Of a DNA stretch of 52,158 nucleotides, positions 44,153 through 52,158 are shown in pieces. A program made the position numbers and the translations under genes. Numbering within the stretch: the stretch's first letter is position 1; every line of letters starts with the position of its first letter. The notes beneath the pieces were generated by a model. That model searched no databases, was not told the origin of the DNA, and was given only the letters and a program-made list of their open reading frames with translations. This DNA is from Sphaeroforma arctica JP610 (taxonomy: Eukaryota), in assembly GCF_001186125.1 (NCBI RefSeq), contig NW_014040425.1:44154-96311 (forward strand), given 5' to 3'.

Positions 44153-45375
44153 GCTTGGTTGTACTTCGTCAATGCATACACACGATGTGCCTCCTGCTAA
44201 TTTTAAAATTTAGCCCCTTATCATATTTTCTATCAGTGTCATCACTTTTCCCCGGCACGTGGACCTTGCAAAACTTCACAGACAAAACACTTGGGTGTTT
44301 ACAACCACATAATTTTAGCATATTAGGCGTGTATGATTTAGAAGGCTATGCATATTACGTACTACAATACATATTCTCATCACACTATATTACGGCACCC
44401 AAAGTCACGATATCAACTAATATACACGTTCAAAAATAAATTATCGTCATCGCTCCTTACTTACATTAAAATGCGAAGGCAAAGACTCTAGAATAAGCGA
44501 TGTTTCTTGCGCTAATTGCATAATCTAGTTGTATGGACCGAATGCCACACCACGGAAATAAATTATTTAAGAATATGAATATGTATGTCAAGTGGCATCG
44601 TGAATTCTTTTCTCCAAGTTCTAACATTGACGTAAAAATTCTGACTGCTATCTTTGTGCTATTATCTCAGTCACAATTCATATAAAACTGGTTTGGGGCA
44701 TTTACCGATGCTGTACCAGCCGTGTCTTGACTTTTTGAGCCATAAAAATCTCGATCTCTGGGCATGATCAGAATCATTTCAAACCATGAGTCATTTTGAG
44801 CCTACGAGATTGGTTGCCAGGTTATGACTTCACGAGCTGCATATTAAATTGAATGTATTTGTCACTGCTCTCAGCCAGTGGCAACATTATAGTAGGTTAT
44901 ACTAACCATCATTATTGGAGCAAGTCCTTAGTGATATCCACAAAAGCTTGATCTAAAGGGTAACATCATCTCGGGTTGCTGTTTTGCATCACCTACCCAA
45001 GTGTATATCCCAAATTCGACTTTGGGATTTTGTGCTACATAAAACAAATTTTGCAAATGTCTGGCTTTCTGCCATTTGGCATCATGCTACTACATAAACA
45101 TGATATCACTGAATGGTATTTGAATTTGAATGATGGCTGAGCAAAATAAAATAAATATATACAATCTTGATGCTCCCAGTTCCGGTTTGTGCTTCCTCTC
45201 CCGCTGCTTCACTTCTGAGGCAACATACATATTTCAAACCCCAATATTAAAGAGTGCACAAAAATAATTAGAAAAAGATCGCTAGTTTCGAGGTCACCAA
45301 ACCGTCCGGTTATTCAATTTAAAATTTAAAGGGTTGTGCCTATCTGGTCAATTCACTCCTAGATACTCCAAAATC

Positions 45376-48178
45376 CTATGATCGACTCCGCGCAGCTAGA
45401 GCAATCAGATTAAGATCTACGCTCATTTTCTTTCGTGTCGTGGGCGGTTGCATGCTCACGGCACATATTCTCTTGAACTCCTCAACCTCGTGGTCATAGT
45501 CGTCGTCGTTCCCATCGCCGGCACTGCTACTGGCCTTGCCAGACTTGTTCTTTGGCGCGGGTGCGAAGATGGCATCGATAGATAACTGGTCCATCTTTGA
45601 CCTCAAACCGTCCTCTGCTCCAGCTCCAGCACTACCGCTACCGGCGCCACCATCTTGCTGCCTGCTATTGTTGGCTGAGCTGTTCTTTTTCCTCTTCAGC
45701 GCCGCAGCCGCAGCCGCCGCAGCTAAGAAGTCACTAGCGCTCGCATTGACGACCGGGGTTGTACTGATTGTGGCATTGCCACTCCCGCTATCTTTCCCGC
45801 CTTTCTTGCCCCTCGCATCTGCAGCATTGCCCTTTGCATTTGCCACATTTTTCGCGTTCTTGGCCGTGGTCTGATTCTGCGAGTTGTTAGCAGTCGATAA
45901 ATTCTTACCACCACCGCTGCTGCCAACCCCATTAGCACCCTTACCTTCCACTCCATTCCCGCTCGCCGCATATACTCCAGCACTCCCCGCCTGCGCACTT
46001 GCATTTGCTTTAGCACCAGTACCGTTAGCATTTCCCTTAGTCGCAACATTTGCGTTGGCTTTCACATTCTTCTTCTTTTTCCCCGAGGCGCTACCAACGG
46101 GGACCATTTGTGGTGGCTCGGATCGCACTCGTTTCTGCAACTCCTCCTCCTTCTTCTTCGCCTCCTGCTCCGCCTTAGCATTCAGTCGTGCTTTCTCCGC
46201 CGCAATAGCCTCATGTTGTTTCCTCTTCATGTCCTCTTCACGCTTCTTACGCGCTCGCTTCTCTGCCTTGCCCTTCTTGGGTCCATCCACCTGAGGCTTG
46301 GACGCTTGACCTTCGATGTACTGCAGAAGATCATCGACTGGAGCAACAAACGCATTCTCGGCGTCCTGAAACGTTAGAAAAAAGTGTGAGCGATTGAATA
46401 TTAGAAAGCAAATTTGTATAAGGTCGCTTAACACATACCACATGTCAAGTGTTCAGCCTTATCTAAACTTAATTAGTATGGCTTGCGACAACGCAAGAGA
46501 CAGGGCAAACGCAGACGTGTCTTTATGAATCAAGAGACAGGGCATAAATGGGGTCTAATACAATGCACTGGGTATCACGATGTAGCACAATTTGCACTTT
46601 AGCGATGAGCACTCAATCGATCGCTAACATAGGTCATTATCGCAGGTCATTATCACCCTACAATCTACCTGTACTATATTCAAATTCGAAATTTGCGCAA
46701 AAAGAGCCCTTTATGAGTGGAAATGTGCCACCCATGCTATGATCGAACTTACCTTTTGCCTTTTGGCCTCTTTCTCCTTCTTCCTGGCTTGCTCCAGTGA
46801 TTGTTGCTGTAATTTCATCCGTAACTTGTTTCGTGCAGTTGGGAAGTCGTGATTCAATTTGGGTTGCAGATTACTGCCTATACCCCCTGCAACGCAGTGA
46901 TTTGAATATTCGTTTGCATTAAAAGCAAGTATCCTATTTCGTAGGAATCCTTAAGGTTCTTGCAAGGCATCTAAGTAAGAAACTAATATACGGTGCCGTT
47001 AGCGATTACATTACGATATTTCAACTTCTTGAATGCAGATATACAAATACAATATACACAGAAGACAGGCGTAGTACGTATGCCACGCATGACGCCCGCT
47101 ATCTTTCAGAAATATGCTTACCGTTGCACTGATGCCCGTGTGTGTGATTAGCGCAATGGTGTGGCGGATGCTCATCGTAGTAATCATCATCTAGATACTC
47201 CGGGTCACTTTCGTTATCCATGTACTCGTCACCTCCGTATTGCTGCTGTTATAGTACGGTAAGAGGTTCAGTTCAGTTCCCAAAGTTCAAATATGAACGA
47301 CACAACTACAGACAGCCACAACACAACAGATATTCGGTGAGAGTACTCATGCAAGCATACTACACCCATTAAAACTAAAATCAACGTAATTGTCGTTTCC
47401 CATTAGTAACTTTCCCGTGAACTCATACTCACAGCGAGCAAGCAGAATATGCAGAACACCGAAAGTGAGGTTTCAAAATGTTAAATCGATAATTTCCTCG
47501 TAAAGACTGAAGACTACCCGCGTTATTACCGCGAGGTACTTGTACGGGTAGTCTGCATACACACAGTCACAGGTGTAAGTCAGAAATGAAACTGTACAAG
47601 TAAGTGTGCCCTTCCTCAAACAACAACTGTTCACGTCGCGCGATCACACAGGTGCACTAAAACAATATTCAACAGGTCCACAACATACTGGTTTGTGAAT
47701 ACAGCTTGGACACATGCACGCAGGGCTAAAGTCATCGTCTTCATCGTCCTCTTCCTCTTCTTCATCCTCCTCCAGTTCATAATCGTGATCGCCATACTGT
47801 TGCTGTTGCTGCTGTTGTTCAGCGAACAAGGCCGCACGCGTGTCTTGCAAGCGCAACTCATCGGCTCGTTCTTGATCGGTCAGCGGGTAATCCTGACACG
47901 AAGATAGGAATGTGACTTGACTGTTAAAATTCTTTGTCTGGGATCTCTAGTCGCTGGATACAGTATCCACATTTGCTTCAGAGCCCCATTGTTAGTGATA
48001 ACCATACCAAAACATCGATACTCAAGCGAAGATATTCGTAGGATATATATATATATATATATGCATGCATGTATGTATGTATGTATGAATGTATGAATGA
48101 ATGGATGGATAAATGGATGGATGGATGAATGAATGAATGAATGATTATATATATATATATATGATATATACATATACA

Positions 48179-48243
<65 letters not shown>

Positions 48244-48984
48244 NNNNNNNNNNNNNNNNNNNNNNNNNNNNNNNNNNNNNNNNNNNNNNNNNNNNNNNNN
48301 NNNNNNNNNNNNNNNNNNNNNNNNNNNNNNNNNNNNNNNNNNNNNNNNNNNNNNNNNNNNNNNNNNNNNNNNNNNNNNNNNNNNNNNNNNNNNNNNNNNN
48401 NNNNNNNNNNNNNNNNNNNNNNNNNNNNNNNNNNNNNNNNNNNNNNNNNNNNNNNNNNNNNNNNNNNNNNNNNNNNNNNNNNNNNNNNNNNNNNNNNNNN
48501 NNNNNNNNNNNNNNNNNNNNNNNNNNNNNNNNNNNNNNNNNNNNNNNNNNNNNNNNNNNNNNNNNNNNNNNNNNNNNNNNNNNNNNNNNNNNNNNNNNNN
48601 NNNNNNNNNNNNNNNNNNNNNNNNNNNNNNNNNNNNNNNNNNNNNNNNNNNNNNNNNNNNNNNNNNNNNNNNNNNNNNNNNNNNNNNNNNNNNNNNNNNN
48701 NNNNNNNNNNNNNNNNNNNNNNNNNNNNNNNNNNNNNNNNNNNNNNNNNNNNNNNNNNNNNNNNNNNNNNNNNNNNNNNNNNNNNNNNNNNNNNNNNNNN
48801 NNNNNNNNNNNNNNNNNNNNNNNNNNNNNNNNNNNNNNNNNNNNNNNNNNNNNNNNNNNNNNNNNNNNNNNNNNNNNNNNNNNNNNNNNNNNNNNNNNNN
48901 NNNNNNNNNNNNNNNNNNNNNNNNNNNNNNNNTAATAGTACTTTACTTACTTACGTCGTTACGTACGTTAGTAGTAAGTAAGAG

Positions 48985-49074
<90 letters not shown>

Positions 49075-49423
49075 ACTACTATACAAATAACATTTGAATG
49101 TGATCAACAATGTATATAAATACGACCTTTCACCTCGTGCCTTATATCGTCTCTGTAATTTGGCTTGCACGGCTCTGTGTCATGCTCACCAGTCAATTCG
49201 CGAGGGTACAAGAATTAAAGTAAACGTTACCGTATCAATAAGGGCTATGAACACATACAATCTCGGACATGGCCGTTTCCAGGTCTTCTGAAGCTTCCTT
49301 GGTTGGTGTTGACGGGGGCGACGAGGCTGTGGGTGTGTTAGCACTGTTGCTTGTCCAGGCGCCAAAGATATGTTTAGTTGTGCTTCTATACGTGCCGCTA
49401 ATTGTGCTGCCTAGAGACAGCAT
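45376..49423 (-). CDS. FAM193: FAM193 family protein (FAM193A/B-like)
   Basis: Exons approx. 49423-49259 (start uncertain), 47892-47689, ~47246-47122, 46886-46753 and 46365-45376. Motifs [32 protein letters not shown] and C-terminal SIDAIFAP...[11 protein letters not shown]...TRKKMSVD match the FAM193 pattern as I recall it (LDDVFLP...DREVEYFKRFC...RQKVAV). The gap at 48244-48932 could hide exons. Confidence 0.75.
48044..49072. repeat. (TA)n/(ATG-based)/(TG)n microsatellites around an assembly gap (N 48244-48932)
   Basis: Directly visible. Confidence 0.95.
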
Positions 49424-49795
49424 TGTCCACACGACACCCTACTATTATATACGGTGTCTCTTCCAAATAAAAAAGTATAGGAGACTGTGGGCTGGTGCGA
49501 ATCAACGCATATGGAAGTCTCGCTGCAGAAAGATATAAGTACTTTTCAGCGGTGTCTTGCGCGTACAGGGTTACCTAGATCCGAGGTGTCTGGTCCTTTC
49601 GTTAATTGTTCGCGGATATGCCGATATATGCATGTGCAGTGTACACATAATCCATTTGCAGGCAGGTCGCGTAACTAAGCGTTTATGTTGGAGTGCGATG
49701 CGTCCCTGGTTCGCACATCGCCAACATGCAAGTATTTTTGAATAAAAAAAGTGGAGAATGGCTCTTAGAAAATTGATATCTGAGTGTTTTCCGAC

Positions 49796-49886
49796 GGGCC
49801 GAGGCCCGACTGACCCGATTGCCCAAGTCCTGAGCCCCGAGCCCCGAGCCCCGAGGCCTGAGTCCCGAGGCCTGGGTCCGCCTGAG
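49796..49886. repeat. Degenerate 7-bp tandem array (NNCYGAG)n
   Basis: tcctgag ccccgag ccccgag ccccgag gcctgag tcccgag gcctggg. Confidence 0.75.
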
Positions 49887-50767
49887 TGCGTGTTTTTATT
49901 GCACCCACAATTTACAGTTTTGCACCAAAAGGCTCCAGAGCAGAACCGCAGATCCCCAGGCTGTATTTTCAACCAAAAAAAAAGAGTGTAAAGTTTTGCT
50001 TCTGGTTTCTCCAATAATCAGGTATTTTTAACCTTTGCACCCAAATATATATTTTTCGGGTATGTATTCTAATTTTCTGGACAAGCATTAACTTTTTTAA
50101 CAAAGTTTATTTATAAACTGTATTGATTAGTTTATATTCATCAATACAACGGATTTAGATGGTGATAAGAATAAACTACCAGTAATATACCTCAACATAA
50201 TTTCAAAGCTCAAAATTAAATGGATAACAGACGACGAAGAAGTTGACGAGCTGCTGCTTCGAGGAAGTTCTCGCTCTCTTGTCTCTACTCTCTCTGAGAG
50301 AGTGGAAGAGAGAATGGTGGAGAGTAGTAGACTGTAAAAATAGACTCAAAGTCATAGACTCATAGTCATCGATGTGTATGTATTTAGACTGTATTATGTT
50401 GTTGTTTTTATATATTAAAATACAAAATAGATAGTGTAGACTCTATCTGGTCTCTTGGTGTAAATATTTACTGTAAGAAGTGTAGTATATGTATTATTAT
50501 TATTTAAATTGAAGAGAGAAAAAAAACTGTAGTGTAGACCGTGTATTTATTTACATTATATAAATAGTATGTAAATGGAGTGTAAAACTGTTTTTTTTAA
50601 ATAAGTGGATCTAAAAAGTTTTTTTAAAGTGCCTTAGCACGGCCTCTGGATAGAGTCTCGAGCGGAAATCAAGGTTTCTCTCTACAACAAATCGGAAATT
50701 TAGCATTGACCCAAATCCAGATTCCAGAGGGCCGTGTTTTGAGTGTAAATAGAAGAAAGTGTACTGG

Positions 50768-50958
50768 GTCCTCATTCCTCAGTCCTCAGTCCTCATCAGT
50801 CCTCAGTCCTCAGTCCTCAGTCCTCAGTCCTCAGTCCTCAGTCCTCAGTCCTCAGTCCTCAGTCCTCAGTCCTCAGTCCTCAGTCCTCAGTCCTCAGTCC
50901 TCAGTCCTCAGTCCTCAGTCCTCAGTCCTCAGTCCTCAGTCCTCAGTCCTCAGTCCTC
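50768..50958. repeat. Near-perfect heptamer tandem repeat (GTCCTCA)n, about 27 units
   Basis: Directly visible. Confidence 0.97.
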
Positions 50959-51501
50959 GGAGTCCCCTCTCAAGCTCTCTCTCTCCGTCTCTTGAGAGTC
51001 GAGACTCGAGAGTGTGTGATGAGTCGAGTCTCGGAGTCTGATTTTAGAATCTCACTTCTCGAATCTTTTGGTCAATAGCCGTGATAACAGAGGCGAATAG
51101 CGAGACTTTTAATTAATTACTTGTTAATCTAATTCTGAATTCATTCATGATATATACGCAGATTGATTTTTTGGCCCAATTATAAGTGAAGAAATGTTGA
51201 ATTTTCTGGATATTTGTAAAGAGTATCACCTGTGTCGGCCTGTCAGCCCATTTTGACTTTTGATTTTGTAGTAGGTATTACATAACAGTGTAGGATGTAT
51301 TTATCGAGAGAAAAAAAATGAAAAAGGCGCCATTTTGGCGCAATATGAATATGCGCTGCAATTTTAGAGCAGAATATCGTCGCGATTCTATTTTGTATTT
51401 ATTTGTTATTTGATTATAGTATTTATCTAAAGAGCATCACAACCACCTTATATTTACTAATTAAAACAGCGCACAAGTAAATACATATAGCTGAATTTAC
51501 C

Positions 51502-51834
51502 ATGACTATTCTCGATCTACAGATCAAGGCCGACCTTGAGAATGTGACCGATCTTACCACCGATCCCGATGACTTCCGTTGGTATTTAAAGGTTCGCTGC
51601 GGGTGTGGTGAGGAAAACAATAAATGGCTTTACCTCGAAGCCGACGATTTTACCGAGATACCCGGCGCCCGAGGCGGCGAGGCGAATTTGGTGGTGAAGT
51701 GCGACTTATGTAGCCGAACTAATTCAATCTCACTTGTCGACAAACCAGTGCGTGCGTACACCAAGTCAGGCGAATACCAGACTATAGCGGCCTTCGATTG
51801 CAGAGGGGTAGAACCGATTGCCTTCGACCCAAGA
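51502..51834 (+). CDS. CZIB: CXXC motif-containing zinc-binding protein (UPF0587/DUF866, C1orf123), first exon; the gene continues beyond the window
   Basis: LQIKADLENVTDL...FRWYLKVRCGCGE...ANLVVKCDLCSR...FDCRGVEPIAFDPR, then donor AGA|gtatgt at 51835. Confidence 0.93.
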
Positions 51835-51855
51835 GTATGTTCACAATGGGGCGCA

Positions 51856-52065
51856 CAAAACACATGTACGCACGCACACAAGCACGCACAATACACATAA
51901 ATGCATACACAAATACACCTACACTCACTCACTCACACACATACACACACGCACACATGCACAAGAAACACACACAAATACATAAGTAAATATATCTATA
52001 CACATGCAATACATAGGTGTATATACATATGCACATATATAATAAATATATATATAGCTCCATCA

Positions 52066-52146
<81 letters not shown>

Positions 52147-52158
52147 TATACTATACTA
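51856..52158. repeat. (CA)-rich and (TA)n microsatellite in the CZIB intron
   Basis: Directly visible. Confidence 0.9.

Noticed and set aside
48137..49090. 317-aa ORF
   Set aside because: Mostly Ns.
50220..50290. Short acidic frame DDEEVDELLLRG resembling a transposase N-terminus
   Set aside because: Too short and followed by low-complexity sequence, so it cannot be supported.
50706..51041. ORFs with SSVLSPQ repeats; also considered as a CRISPR array
   Set aside because: A stop-free 7-bp tandem repeat with no spacers, in a eukaryotic context.

Overview
Intron-rich eukaryotic genomic DNA with GT-AG introns, abundant (TA)n/(TG)n microsatellites and two N gaps. The style suggests a unicellular holozoan such as an ichthyosporean, but that is inference only. 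Contents in order: (1) a probable first exon of a minus-strand gene with an MABP-like N-terminus (663-734); (2) a ~29 kb plus-strand gene (1513-30303) that I traced by hand through about 46 phase-consistent exons, encoding a roughly 4,600-aa protein with many ASH/PapD-like Ig modules; (3) a ~9 kb stretch of decayed transposons: a Ty3/Gypsy pol with a likely chromodomain and 3' LTR, an APE-RT LINE interrupted by a permuted repeat, and a probable Mutator-like remnant; (4) RRP8 on the minus strand (8 exons); (5) a FAM193-like gene on the minus strand; (6) an intergenic element bounded by inverted 7-bp arrays; (7) the first exon of CZIB/C1orf123 on the plus strand. All family calls come from motif recognition by eye, with no database searches, and exon edges may be off by a few bases. 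The most novel candidate is the giant Ig-repeat protein.
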